From NCBI GenBank assembly GCA_040218735.1, contig JAVJQW010000046.1, positions 320,001 to 384,000 on the forward strand: a stretch of DNA of 64,000 bases, written 5' to 3'. Every line of letters starts with the position of its first letter. Positions within the stretch are counted from its first letter, which is position 1. Under the pieces are notes generated by a model that saw nothing but the letters and a program-made list of their open reading frames with translations, made no database searches and was not told the origin of the DNA. The stretch comes from Deltaproteobacteria bacterium (GTDB lineage: Bacteria > Myxococcota > Kuafuiibacteriia > Kuafuiibacteriales > Kuafuiibacteriaceae). Position numbers and translations under genes: made by a program. This document shows, piece after piece, positions 17,925 through 27,524 of this stretch.

Positions 17925-19055
17925 GTGAGCTACTCGGACGGCGAAAACGCGATCAGCCACGGGCCGATGGTTCCGGTCGCCGGTGCGCCCGACCTCGCCG
18001 CCGCGCGCGCCGTGGTCGAGCTCCTCGACGAACACGGCATCCTCGCGATTCACGATCGCGACGTCGTCGGCGCTTACATCCCGCGCGTCGACAACAACAC
18101 GATCAACATCCTCGTGCCGTTGTCGATGCTCGCTTCGGCGCGGCGCGTGTTGGCGTCGAAGCAGTCGTCGGCCTCCTCCACACCCGCGCCGCGCTTCGTC
18201 GTCTCGATGACGTCGACCGCACCCGAGCGAGTGTCCGCCGACTCGTCCGGTCAGCGCACCCGCGCACGTGATCCGCTCGGCGTGCCGCGACCGCCGCGAC
18301 TCGAGGAGTACCGCCGGTACGAGGACGAAGACGAGGACGACGAGACCGCGCCGATCGACGTCATCCTCCCGGAGCCGACGCCGCTCAACCTCCGCCTCTC
18401 CGTCGCCATCGGTAGTATCGCGTTGGGCACCGCAGCGCAGCGGTTGCTCGAGACCTTCTGGCGTGAGGACGTCCGCGCGGCGCTGTCGGCGCAGTGGAGT
18501 CGTCTCGCGGTCGAGCCCTGGCGCCTCGTGACCGCCGGCTTCATCCACGGCGGGCCGAGTCACTTCATCAGCAACGCGTTGTTCGGGGTGTTGATCGGCG
18601 TCGTCCTGTTCGGGACGCACCGCATCGGCGCGACGGCCTTCGTGTGGCTCGTCTCCTCGATGGTCGGCATGTCGGCCGAGGCGTTGTTGTCTCCGGAGGC
18701 GGCGATCGTCGGCGCGAGCGCGGGCAACTACGGGCTCGTCGGGTTGTGGGCGCACGGTCAGCTGCAGCGCTCTCGCGTGAGCGCGTTGCCGAGGCGCGAG
18801 CGCATCCGCACGGTAGGGGTCCTCCTGTTGCTCGTGCCGGGGGCGCTGACCCCCTTCTCTTCGACGGGGTCGAAGATCGCGATCATGGCGCACGCCGCCG
18901 GGTTCGTGGCGGGGTTTGCGTTGGGGTATCCGTTCCTGCGTCGCCTGTTGCCTTCTGAATTCGAGCGGATCGACCAGCGGTCGCGTTGGGCCGGCGTGCT
19001 CGCGATCGTCGTCGTGGTGCTCTGCGTGGCGGCCGCGGCCGTGACGTACGCCTGA
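17925..19055 (+). CDS. Rhomboid intramembrane serine protease with N-terminal soluble extension
   Basis: WRLVTAGFIH, HFISN, GASAG (catalytic Ser), AHAAG (catalytic His). Start is approximate. Confidence 0.85.
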   Translation: MSYSDGENAISHGPMVPVAGAPDLAAARAVVELLDEHGILAIHDRDVVGAYIPRVDNNTINILVPLSMLASARRVLASKQSSASSTPAPRFVVSMTSTAPERVSADSSGQRTRARDPLGVPRPPRLEEYRRYEDEDEDDETAPIDVILPEPTPLNLRLSVAIGSIALGTAAQRLLETFWREDVRAALSAQWSRLAVEPWRLVTAGFIHGGPSHFISNALFGVLIGVVLFGTHRIGATAFVWLVSSMVGMSAEALLSPEAAIVGASAGNYGLVGLWAHGQLQRSRVSALPRRERIRTVGVLLLLVPGALTPFSSTGSKIAIMAHAAGFVAGFALGYPFLRRLLPSEFERIDQRSRWAGVLAIVVVVLCVAAAAVTYA

Positions 19056-19110
19056 CATCGAATCATCGTTCGCAGCCGCGCTTTTCGGCTATGCTCCCGG
19101 GCCGAAGGTC

Positions 19111-19752
19111 ATGGAGAAGACCGCCGACATCATCCCTGTGACCTCCTACGAGGCGGAGTACCGCGCGTGGGTCGAGACGACGAGCTCCGAAGCGCGTCAA
19201 AAGGTCGTCGCCGAGCTGCGCGGCGAGCACCACATCATGGACGCCGTGCTCGCGGCGATGGAGCGCGAGACGCGCCGCCTCTCGGTGCACGGCGATCTGC
19301 GCCCCGACTTCTGGGAGCGCGTCGTCGATTACATCGGCAACTTCACGTACCAGATCCACCGCCGCAAGGAAGAGGAGGCGTTGTTCCCGACGCTCTCCAA
19401 GCTCCAGGGCCTCGACAACCGCGCGTCGCTCGCGAAGCTCCTCGAGGAGCACCAGCACACGCGCGACCTGACGATGACCCTCGTCGACGGCGTGTCCGAG
19501 GGCGACTGGGAGAAGGTCCTGCGCGCGGCCCACATGTACCTGCGCGTCGCGCGCGATCACCTCGACCGCGAGGAGTGGGAGGTGTTCGAGCCGCTCGACC
19601 GTCTCCTCGACGCGGACGGAGAGAACGAGCTGCGCGCTTCCTTCGACACGATCGAGGCGGACGCCCTCGGCGATCGTAACCGTCAGCACTACCTCGACTG
19701 CGCCCGTAAGCTCTGCAGCGACGCGGGCCTGACGGACGTCCTCGCGCTTTGA
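19111..19752 (+). CDS. Hemerythrin-like domain protein
   Basis: EH, HRRKEEEALFP, EEH and HLDREEWEVF metal-ligand pattern. Confidence 0.85.
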   Translation: MEKTADIIPVTSYEAEYRAWVETTSSEARQKVVAELRGEHHIMDAVLAAMERETRRLSVHGDLRPDFWERVVDYIGNFTYQIHRRKEEEALFPTLSKLQGLDNRASLAKLLEEHQHTRDLTMTLVDGVSEGDWEKVLRAAHMYLRVARDHLDREEWEVFEPLDRLLDADGENELRASFDTIEADALGDRNRQHYLDCARKLCSDAGLTDVLAL

Positions 19753-20303
19753 AGCGCTGGGCGCCGCTCTTACTCCTCCTCGCCGCGGCCTGCGGCTACA
19801 CGACCTCCGCGCGTCGCGCCGACGGCACCGTACACACGATCTTCGTGGAGCCGATCGCCGAACCGGGCCTCGACCTCGACGCGGGCTCCGACGTCGCCCG
19901 CGCGGTGCGCTTGGCCATCGCGCGCACGTCCGGCCTCGCGCTCGCCGACGAGGCGACCGCCGACCACCGCCTCCGCGTCGAGATCCTCGGCGTGCGTTCG
20001 TCGCTCGCCCCCTTTGCCGAGCCCGCGCTGCGCGCCGCGCAGTACGTCGTGCGCATCACCCTCCGCGGCGTGGTGCACGACGCGACCGGCGTGCCCGCCT
20101 GGCAGACGCCCGTCGTCACGGGCGACTCGCGCTTCATGTCGACACCCGGCGGCGTCGAGCAGCTCGACGGCGCGAACCGACGCACGATCGAGCAGGCGTC
20201 CCAAGAAGCGGCCGAGCGCTTGGTGACGATGATCGAGATGCGGTTCGCGGGGCAGGGCCCGGTGCGGACGTCGACCGTCAGCTCTCCAGCTGGTGCTTCT
20301 TGA
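19749..20303 (+). CDS. lptE: LptE-like LPS assembly lipoprotein
   Basis: Lipobox LAAACGY; TIFVEP; AD..LRVEI; QYVVRITL; C-terminal helix. Confidence 0.6.
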   Translation: MKRWAPLLLLLAAACGYTTSARRADGTVHTIFVEPIAEPGLDLDAGSDVARAVRLAIARTSGLALADEATADHRLRVEILGVRSSLAPFAEPALRAAQYVVRITLRGVVHDATGVPAWQTPVVTGDSRFMSTPGGVEQLDGANRRTIEQASQEAAERLVTMIEMRFAGQGPVRTSTVSSPAGAS

Positions 20304-21582
20304 TCAGCCGGTACAGGTAGTTTCGATCGATCCCCGCGTCGCGTGACGCCGCGGAGATGTTGCCGTCGTGCCGCTCCAGCAAGCGCTTTACGTACGCGCG
20401 CTCGAACGCGACGACGATCTGCTCCTTCGCCTCCTTGAAGGGGAGGTCGGGGGCTTCGCCCGCCGGCTCTTCGGGACGCGACGCCGTCGAGGTCATGGGG
20501 ATGGCGTGCTCGGCGCCGAGGTGGACGGCGCGCTCGATCGCGTTGCGGAGCTCGCGCACGTTGCCGGGCCACTGGTACGCGAGCATCGCGCTCTCGATCG
20601 GGCCGTCGAGCTCCAGGGCGTCCTTCGCGCCGAGCTGCTCGAGGATGTGCTCGGCGATAAGCAGCACGTCTTCGCCGCGGTCGCGGAGCGGGGGCAGCGG
20701 TACCGTCACCACGGCGAGGCGGAAGAAGAGGTCGCGACGGAAGCGACCGGCTTCGACTTCGTCCTGCAGCGCGCGGTGCGTTGCGGCGACGAGGCGGACG
20801 TCGACGGGGCGACGCCCGGTCTCGCCGAGGCGCTGGATCGTCTTGGACTCCACGGCGCGGAGCAACTTGGGTTGCAGGTCGAGCGGGAGCTCGCCGATCT
20901 CGTCGAGGAACAACGTCCCGCCGGAGGCCGCTTCGAACGCGCCGACGCGATCCGCCTGCGCGGAGGTGAACGCGCCGGCCTTGTGGCCGAACAGCTCGCT
21001 CTCGATCAGGTCGTGCGGGATGGCGCCGCAGTCGACGACGACCAACGGGCCGCCGGCGCGCGACGAACGTTCGTGGATGGCCTGCGCGACGAGCTCCTTA
21101 CCGGTGCCGGTCTCGCCGAGCACCAGAATCGTGGCGTTCGAGTCCGCGGTGCGCTCGAGCATCGCGTACACGGAGCGCATCGCGCGCGAGCGTCCGAGCA
21201 GCGGCCCGAAGCGCTCGGCGGAGGAGGGCGCCATCGTCGGTCGCTCGGCGGCGTCGATCGTGAGCTCGAGCCCCGCGGGGCCGCCGACGCGAATCGACGC
21301 ACCCGGCCCCACGCGCACCTCGGTGATGCGACCTCCGCCGAAGAAGGTGCCGTTCTTGGACCCGACGTCGCGGACGAGCACGCGTTGGGCCTCCGCGCGG
21401 ATCTCGAGGTGGTAGCGGGAGACGCCCTGGGCGTCGATGACCACGTCGTTTTCGCCGTGTTTGCCGACGAGGAGCGTCCCGTCGATCGGGATCCGCTCCG
21501 GCCCGGCCTCGCGTGGCACCACGAGCACGAACGACAGAGGACCGCGTCGTCCGGAGGCGCCCAGCTCCACGGTTTCGGTCAC
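20278..21582 (-). CDS. FHA-domain sigma-54-dependent transcriptional activator (bEBP, Fis HTH)
   Basis: FHA: VSRYH, DVGSKNGT. AAA+: GETGTGKE, ESELFGH, GAFTSA, FLDEIGE, WPGNVREL. C-terminal HTH. Confidence 0.93.
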   Translation of the reverse strand: MTETVELGASGRRGPLSFVLVVPREAGPERIPIDGTLLVGKHGENDVVIDAQGVSRYHLEIRAEAQRVLVRDVGSKNGTFFGGGRITEVRVGPGASIRVGGPAGLELTIDAAERPTMAPSSAERFGPLLGRSRAMRSVYAMLERTADSNATILVLGETGTGKELVAQAIHERSSRAGGPLVVVDCGAIPHDLIESELFGHKAGAFTSAQADRVGAFEAASGGTLFLDEIGELPLDLQPKLLRAVESKTIQRLGETGRRPVDVRLVAATHRALQDEVEAGRFRRDLFFRLAVVTVPLPPLRDRGEDVLLIAEHILEQLGAKDALELDGPIESAMLAYQWPGNVRELRNAIERAVHLGAEHAIPMTSTASRPEEPAGEAPDLPFKEAKEQIVVAFERAYVKRLLERHDGNISAASRDAGIDRNYLYRLIKKHQLES

Positions 21583-21642
21583 GCTCTACCGTTTAGCATG
21601 GCGGCGTTTACAGCACCCCTCGGGGTGCGTATAGATCCGCTC

Positions 21643-22767
21643 ATGGGCGCCATCTGGGACCGAATCACCTCGCAATTCATCGAAATCATTGAGTGGCTCG
21701 ACGACGACCACGACACGCTCGTCTGGCGCTTCCCCGTCCGCGCCCAAGAGATCAAGAACGGCGCGAAGCTCATCGTCCGCGAAGGACAGTCCGCCTGCTT
21801 CGTGAACGAGGGCAAGCTCGCCGACGTCTTCGGACCCGGCACCTACACCCTCACCACCCAGAACCTCCCCATTCTCGCCACCCTCAAGGGCTGGAAGTAC
21901 GGCTTCAACTCGCCGTTCAAGGCGGAGGTCTACTTCGTCAACACGACGCAGTTCACGGACCTCAAGTGGGGCACGCAGAACCCGATCATGCTGCGGGACC
22001 CCGAGTTCGGGCCGATCCGCTTGCGCGCCTTCGGCATCTTCGCCGCTCGGGTCGGCGACCCGTCGAAGTTCCTGCGCCAGGTCGCGGGCACCGACGGCGA
22101 GTACGAGGTCGACGAGATCCTCGGGCAGCTCAAGCGCACGCTCGTGTCGCGGTTCACGCAGGCGCTCGGCGCCGCGAAGATCGCCGCGCTCGACCTCGCC
22201 GGTAACTACGACGAGATCGGCAAGAAGGTCGTCGGCCCCATCCGCGCGGACTTCGACGACATGGGCATCGAGATCACGAAGTTCATCATCGAGAACATCT
22301 CGCTGCCGCCGGCGGTGGAGAAGGTCCTCGATACGCGCAGCGAGATGGCCATCCTCGGCAACATGAACCAGTACGCGCAGTACCAGATGGCCAACGCCAT
22401 CCCGGACGCCGCGAAGGCGCCCAACAGCATGGCGGGCGCGGGCATGGGCCTCGCGGCCGGCATGGGCATGGGCGGCCAGATGGCGAACATGATGGGCGGC
22501 ATGATGCCCGGACAGCATCAGCAGCACCCGCAGCAGCAGCAGCAGTACATGGGCGCGGGCGTCGGGATGCCCGGCGGGCAGATGATGGGCGGAGTGGTGC
22601 AGCAGGCTCCGCAACAGCCGCCCCCGCAGCAGCAAGCTCCGCAGCAGCAACAGCAGCAGCCTTCGATGGTCGACCGCCTCAAGAAGCTCGACGCGCTCAA
22701 GGCGGCGGGTGTGCTGTCGGACGAGGAGTACGCGAGCAAGCGTGCGGAGATCCTCTCCGAGATCTGA
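21643..22767 (+). CDS. SPFH/band-7 domain protein (YdjI-like) with Gln/Gly/Met-rich linker and SHOCT domain
   Basis: IKNGAKLIVREGQ; FNSPFKAEVYF; KWGTQNP; LKKLDALKAAGVLSDEEYASKRAEIL. Confidence 0.88.
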   Translation: MGAIWDRITSQFIEIIEWLDDDHDTLVWRFPVRAQEIKNGAKLIVREGQSACFVNEGKLADVFGPGTYTLTTQNLPILATLKGWKYGFNSPFKAEVYFVNTTQFTDLKWGTQNPIMLRDPEFGPIRLRAFGIFAARVGDPSKFLRQVAGTDGEYEVDEILGQLKRTLVSRFTQALGAAKIAALDLAGNYDEIGKKVVGPIRADFDDMGIEITKFIIENISLPPAVEKVLDTRSEMAILGNMNQYAQYQMANAIPDAAKAPNSMAGAGMGLAAGMGMGGQMANMMGGMMPGQHQQHPQQQQQYMGAGVGMPGGQMMGGVVQQAPQQPPPQQQAPQQQQQQPSMVDRLKKLDALKAAGVLSDEEYASKRAEILSEI

Positions 22768-22768
22768 C

Positions 22769-23461
22769 GTGCGTTACCTCGCGATCGCCGCGCTCACGCT
22801 GACCGCCTGCGGGACGGGGCGCTTCTACGTCGGCGAGCTGGTGACGAACACGCCGATGTCGTCCCAGGGCGGCGTCACCCTCGAGGCCGCGTTCGACGGC
22901 CACTTCCTCGAGCTCACGATTCACAACACGAGCGAAGCCCCAGTCACCCTCGACTGGGCGCAATCGGCCGTGACGCTCGCAGACCCTTGGGACCGCGAGC
23001 ATGTCATGGTGCCGCTCGCGTTTGCGCTCGAGCGCATGGGGGAGGTGCAGGGAACGGAGGGCCGCTCGATGCCGTACGCGGTCGATGTCGAGGTGTCGAT
23101 ACGTCCCATCGCGCCCGAGCGTGTCCCCATCGCGGACCCGCTTCGGGTGGAGGCCGGCGAGCGCGTGGTCGTGAAACTCGCGGACCGTGGCGGTTGGACG
23201 CAAGTCTGCGCGTCTGACAACGGCCAGCATTGCTCGGTGCGGCTCGTCCCGATCGCGCGGCTCGTGAAGCGCGAGGCGGATCAGGTTCGCGGCGCGACCG
23301 GCACTCCGTGGAAGGTCCACGTGCGTTACGCGCCCGGTGAAGTTCGACGGACGCTAGAGGTCGAGGTGACCGAGGTCGCCGTGTACGCCGGGAGGTTCTG
23401 CCCGCTCGCCCGGGTCCGCTTCGATCACTTCTGTCCGATCCGCGGGGAACGCATCCCCTGA
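22769..23461 (+). CDS. Hypothetical lipoprotein
   Basis: Lipobox LTAC; GTG start 1 nt after the upstream stop. Confidence 0.55.
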   Translation: MRYLAIAALTLTACGTGRFYVGELVTNTPMSSQGGVTLEAAFDGHFLELTIHNTSEAPVTLDWAQSAVTLADPWDREHVMVPLAFALERMGEVQGTEGRSMPYAVDVEVSIRPIAPERVPIADPLRVEAGERVVVKLADRGGWTQVCASDNGQHCSVRLVPIARLVKREADQVRGATGTPWKVHVRYAPGEVRRTLEVEVTEVAVYAGRFCPLARVRFDHFCPIRGERIP

Positions 23462-23465
23462 CTGG

Positions 23466-24767
23466 TCAGCGCAGCGTCACCGCGGTGACGTTCCGGATTG
23501 CGTGCACGCCGTCGAACGCCTCGGTGGGGACGATCGTTTCGCCGCGGTACGTGAACCTCCCGGAGAAGTCGACGAGGTCCGTGTCGCTCGGGAGGAAGAA
23601 CGCCTCGGCGTCGGAGGCCGCGAAGATCACCCCCGCGAGGGCCGCCGCGGAGTGGAAGTAGTCGCGCGCGACGAAGCCGTTCGCGGTCGGCGCGAGCTCG
23701 CGCCCGCCTTCGTAGAACTGGAAGATCGTGCGGTAGTTGTCGCCCATCATCGTCGCGAGTGACGCGCCGACCGACGGCGTCGGCTCGCCGGACAGATCGA
23801 TGCCGATGTCGATCGTGCGGTGGCAGTGTCCGTTGTGCGCGAGCATCACGATCGGACCGGCGTCGCCGCGCCGTTGGAGGAGGTCCAACATGTTCCGTGT
23901 CATGCCCGGCTCGCGGTAGGTCGCGTTGCCGCCTTCGAAGTCTCCGTCGTAGAAGCGTGCGAGGAAGCGCTGGCCGTCGGCGAGGTTGACGAGGTCGCGC
24001 TCGAGTCTGCGGACGGCGTCTTCGCTGGTCGCGGCCACGTGGGCTGCGCGCCGATCGGCGATCTCGTTCGCCAGCGCGTCGGCGGAGTCCGCGATGCGGT
24101 CCGGCGAGGTGAGGAACGCCCGACGCCAGCGGTCCGTCGTCTCCGGCTCCACCCGGTCGAGGTGATCGAGGATCGACTGGATCGTCGCGGCGGACTGCAC
24201 CGCGACGTCGAAGCCCGTGATGTGGAGGTCCTCGTCGATGTCGATGGTCGCGATGAAACGGAGCAGCGCCTCGCGCTCCTCGGAGGCGCCGAGTGAACCG
24301 GCCATGTCCCTGAAGCCGCGCGCGAGGTCACGTTCGTCGCGGGTGTCGAGGTACAGGTCCCACGCCTCGGTGGTCGCCTCGGTGGCCTCGAACACGATCG
24401 TGCGTGCGCCAAGGTCCTCGATCAGGTGTCGGAGCAACAGCCCGTGGGCGTAGATGCTCTCGGCGACGCCGTGGGAGTCCTCGCCGAGGCAGATCACGTC
24501 CGCGTCTGCGAGCTGTCGTTCGATCGAACGCGCCGCGCACGCGATGTCGTCCGCGGTCGGCGCCGGAGCCAGCAGCGGCGCAGGTGCGACGCCGATCGGC
24601 TCCGCCGGGTCTGCGCAGCGTGGGATCACACCGCCGTCTCTCGATCCGGCGTCCACCTCCACGGCCACCCCTCCGTCGCGCGGCGGTGGCGTCGCCTCTG
24701 GCTCCGTTCCGGCGCAGCCGATGCCGAGCGCACAGGTGACCCACAGCGTGATGGTTGCCGATCGCAC
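23466..24767 (-). CDS. Erythromycin esterase family lipoprotein
   Basis: LGEDSHG, FEA, GFD, RE..M..N, AHNGH; lipobox GIGC. Confidence 0.8.
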   Translation of the reverse strand: MRSATITLWVTCALGIGCAGTEPEATPPPRDGGVAVEVDAGSRDGGVIPRCADPAEPIGVAPAPLLAPAPTADDIACAARSIERQLADADVICLGEDSHGVAESIYAHGLLLRHLIEDLGARTIVFEATEATTEAWDLYLDTRDERDLARGFRDMAGSLGASEEREALLRFIATIDIDEDLHITGFDVAVQSAATIQSILDHLDRVEPETTDRWRRAFLTSPDRIADSADALANEIADRRAAHVAATSEDAVRRLERDLVNLADGQRFLARFYDGDFEGGNATYREPGMTRNMLDLLQRRGDAGPIVMLAHNGHCHRTIDIGIDLSGEPTPSVGASLATMMGDNYRTIFQFYEGGRELAPTANGFVARDYFHSAAALAGVIFAASDAEAFFLPSDTDLVDFSGRFTYRGETIVPTEAFDGVHAIRNVTAVTLR

Positions 24768-24827
24768 ACTGCCGGTTGGTGCAACCCGCGATCCAACGGT
24801 GGCGTTGGCTTTCGAACGCCGACGCGA

Positions 24828-26825
24828 TCAGGCGGCGAGGAAGACTTCGGGGTGTTTGACGGCGAGCGCGGAGCTCGGGAAGCGGCACACAAACGTCGTG
24901 CCGGCACCGATCTTGGAGTCGACGTCGATCTGTCCGCCGACCGCCTCACACGCTTCGTGCACCGCGGCCAGCCCGACGCCGCGCCCCGAAGTGGAGGTCA
25001 CGTCGTCGCGGGTGCTGAGGCCGTCGTGGAACAGCGCGCGGACGAGGTCGTCGCGGTCTTCCGTGGGGAGGCCCAGCCGCGTCGCCTTCTCGGCGACGCG
25101 CGTCCAATCGATGCCGCGGCCGTCGTCGGTGAGTCGAACGATGAACTCGTCGCCCTCCATGACGGTCTCGAGGCGGATGTGGCCGGAGCCTTCCTTGCCG
25201 AGCGCGCGCCGCTCCTCGATCGACTCGAGCCCGTGGTCGACGGCGTTGCGCAGGAGGTGGATGTACGAGGACCAGAACGGGGCCCACGCCTCTGCGTCCT
25301 GGCGCAGGCCGTGCCCGTCGACTTCGACCGCGATGTTCTGTTTGTCGAGCCGCGCGCCGATGCGGTGCACTTGCGACGCGAGTCGCTCGAGCCGACGCAC
25401 GGTGGGCTCCAGCTTCCACGCCACCATCGACTCGGCGATCTGCTCGCGCGGCGCATTCTCCAGGACCTCGCGGAGGACGTTCTTGAACTGGTCGTCGTCG
25501 ACCTCGATCTTCGAGCTCTCTTCACCCCCGAGGAGCACGTCGAGGCTCTCGCAGAGTCGATCCCAAGCCTGGGCGAGGCTCTCGCGAAGCTCGGCAGACG
25601 GACGTCCACCTTCCTCTTTGAGCGCCTCTTCGATCGCGTGACAGCGGTCCGAGATCCGGTGGATGCCGAACACTGCGGCGTTGCCCTTGAGCGTGTGGAT
25701 GACCCGCTTGAGCAGCGGCATCTGCTCGATCTCGTCGGAGACGATGAGTTGAATCTGGCGCTTCGCCTCTTCGAAGAACTCGAGGAAGCCCGCCTTGTCC
25801 TTGAGGATTCGGTCGAGGATGTACAAGACCTCGCGCTGCTCGCTCTCGAGTCGCTCGTGTTCGAGCTGGCTCGTGATGTCGGACATGACCACGAGGACGC
25901 CCGACCAGTCGTCGGTCGATGCGTCGGACGACATGGGCTGGTAGTCGACCTGGAGCGTGCGGTCCTCGAACTCGATCCGCGAGGGCGCGAGGTCCAGGTT
26001 GCACTCGACGGGCAGAAGGTCTTCTTCGACCTGCTCCCACGCCACACGGAAGTTCTCCGCGAATGCGGGGGCCTTCGCCTCGACGAGGTCGCCCAGGTCC
26101 GCTGCGTCGTCGCCCCCGAACCACCTGGAAACTGCAGCGGAGCGCTCCGCCGCGAGCGCGCCGGAGCGGTCGAGCGTGAGGAAGCCCTGCTGGACGTTGT
26201 CGAGGAGGACGCGCATGTCCTGGTTGCGTTTGTCGAGGGCGGCGGTGCGGCTCTGGACGATCTTCTCCAGGCCGATGACGTTGTCGAAGAAGCTGCGCGC
26301 GATGAAGCAGGTCGCGACGGACTCCAGCACGACGAACGCTGCGTGAATGGCGACCACCCAGATCGGCGCGTCGTAGTTGAAGACACTGGTGGGGAGGTAG
26401 AGCCAGAGCAGCAGGTGGTGCAGCGCCACGGTGACCGCCGCGGTGACGATGACCATGGGGTTGCCGAACATCGCCAGCATGGCGAGGAGCGCGAAGAAGT
26501 AGAAGTGCATTTCGATCTGCACGGGGCCCTGACCGAAGTGGACGAGGAGTCCGCCCATGAGCATCGCGGTGACGCCGTAGGACACGGAGACCAGACGCGG
26601 GCTCTTGAAGGTCTTGTAGGCCAGGACCGGTCCGACGAGGACGAAGGAGGTCAGGGCGACCGCCGACAGCGGACCCGTGTCGTTGAAGAACGCCACGAGT
26701 ACGAACACCGGCAGGTGCGCGACGAAGAACCACAAACCGATTCGGTTCATGCGTGCGAGGTACTGGCGCTCGAAGTCGGTGACCTCACTGGGGAGGCGTA
26801 CGTAGGCGGCGATTCGGGACCACAT
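24828..26825 (-). CDS. Membrane-anchored CheA-like (Hpt + HATPase) histidine kinase
   Basis: About 6 TM segments with EMHFYFF; PAS-like LLDNVQQGF; Hpt IHTLKG; HLLRNAVDHG; DDGRGID; GRGVGL; no CheW domain. Confidence 0.88.
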   Translation of the reverse strand: MWSRIAAYVRLPSEVTDFERQYLARMNRIGLWFFVAHLPVFVLVAFFNDTGPLSAVALTSFVLVGPVLAYKTFKSPRLVSVSYGVTAMLMGGLLVHFGQGPVQIEMHFYFFALLAMLAMFGNPMVIVTAAVTVALHHLLLWLYLPTSVFNYDAPIWVVAIHAAFVVLESVATCFIARSFFDNVIGLEKIVQSRTAALDKRNQDMRVLLDNVQQGFLTLDRSGALAAERSAAVSRWFGGDDAADLGDLVEAKAPAFAENFRVAWEQVEEDLLPVECNLDLAPSRIEFEDRTLQVDYQPMSSDASTDDWSGVLVVMSDITSQLEHERLESEQREVLYILDRILKDKAGFLEFFEEAKRQIQLIVSDEIEQMPLLKRVIHTLKGNAAVFGIHRISDRCHAIEEALKEEGGRPSAELRESLAQAWDRLCESLDVLLGGEESSKIEVDDDQFKNVLREVLENAPREQIAESMVAWKLEPTVRRLERLASQVHRIGARLDKQNIAVEVDGHGLRQDAEAWAPFWSSYIHLLRNAVDHGLESIEERRALGKEGSGHIRLETVMEGDEFIVRLTDDGRGIDWTRVAEKATRLGLPTEDRDDLVRALFHDGLSTRDDVTSTSGRGVGLAAVHEACEAVGGQIDVDSKIGAGTTFVCRFPSSALAVKHPEVFLAA

Positions 26826-26845
26826 TGCCTGCTATGTTCGGTAGA

Positions 26846-27457
26846 TCAGTATTTGAGCTTGAGCGGATCGAGGATGCTCTGGAGCTCAAAGCTCACCGCG
26901 CATCCAAATAGAGGCAGCTCGATGGTGCGCGCTGCCTCATCGCGGAGCGTTCGAAGTGTTGCGATGTCTCGAATGTCGGCACCCTGCTTTCGCTCGGTGT
27001 ACCCACCGGCGTAGCGAATGCGGTCCGAGGGATCGAGCACGACCATCATCGGGGCGGCCTCGATGCGGTAGTCGGCGGCGAGCGCCTCTGGCGTGACCAC
27101 CACGACGGCGAACCCGGCTGCGCGCGCCCGCGCCTCGAGCGCATCGTCTTCCTCGACGAGCAACACGACCTCTTCGAGATCGTCGGGGCGCTCCGAAGAG
27201 AAGAGGTGGTCCAGCACACGCACCGAGCAGGGGCAGCTCGAGTAGAGGACGTGGACCGCGAACCAACCGCGGTCGCGCCCGGCGGGGCGAAGCGCCTCGA
27301 GCGCCGAGCCGAGCTGCGCGTCGTCCGCGGCGGGTTTCGGCAGCGTGTACCAGTGCCCGACCATCAGCGTGCCGGCGCCGATCGTCGACACACCGAGCCA
27401 GGCGGCGAACGTCAGTCGGACAATCCAGGACGGCATCGGCCGATCCATCGGCCGCAC
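26846..27457 (-). CDS. Exported thioredoxin-fold protein with CPC motif (RedB-like)
   Basis: N-terminal TM; SSCPCS; IRYAGG; C-terminal PLFGC. Confidence 0.65.
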   Translation of the reverse strand: MRPMDRPMPSWIVRLTFAAWLGVSTIGAGTLMVGHWYTLPKPAADDAQLGSALEALRPAGRDRGWFAVHVLYSSCPCSVRVLDHLFSSERPDDLEEVVLLVEEDDALEARARAAGFAVVVVTPEALAADYRIEAAPMMVVLDPSDRIRYAGGYTERKQGADIRDIATLRTLRDEAARTIELPLFGCAVSFELQSILDPLKLKY

Positions 27458-27524
27458 CCGCGTGGGTGATGAGATTGTGTCGAATTACGAGGCACGCGAG
27501 GGCGCGTCGCCCGCGGTTCACCGA

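Noticed and set aside
20368-21642. Apparent 425-aa N-terminal extension of the SPFH ORF
   Set aside because: It overlaps the bEBP gene on the opposite strand; the real start is ATG 21643.
22500-22665. CAG-rich tract as a contingency microsatellite
   Set aside because: Interrupted in-frame polyGln linker; no long pure repeat.
23466-24767. Macrolide resistance gene (ere)
   Set aside because: Only family-level motifs; a lipoprotein with no mobile context, and most family members are not resistance enzymes.
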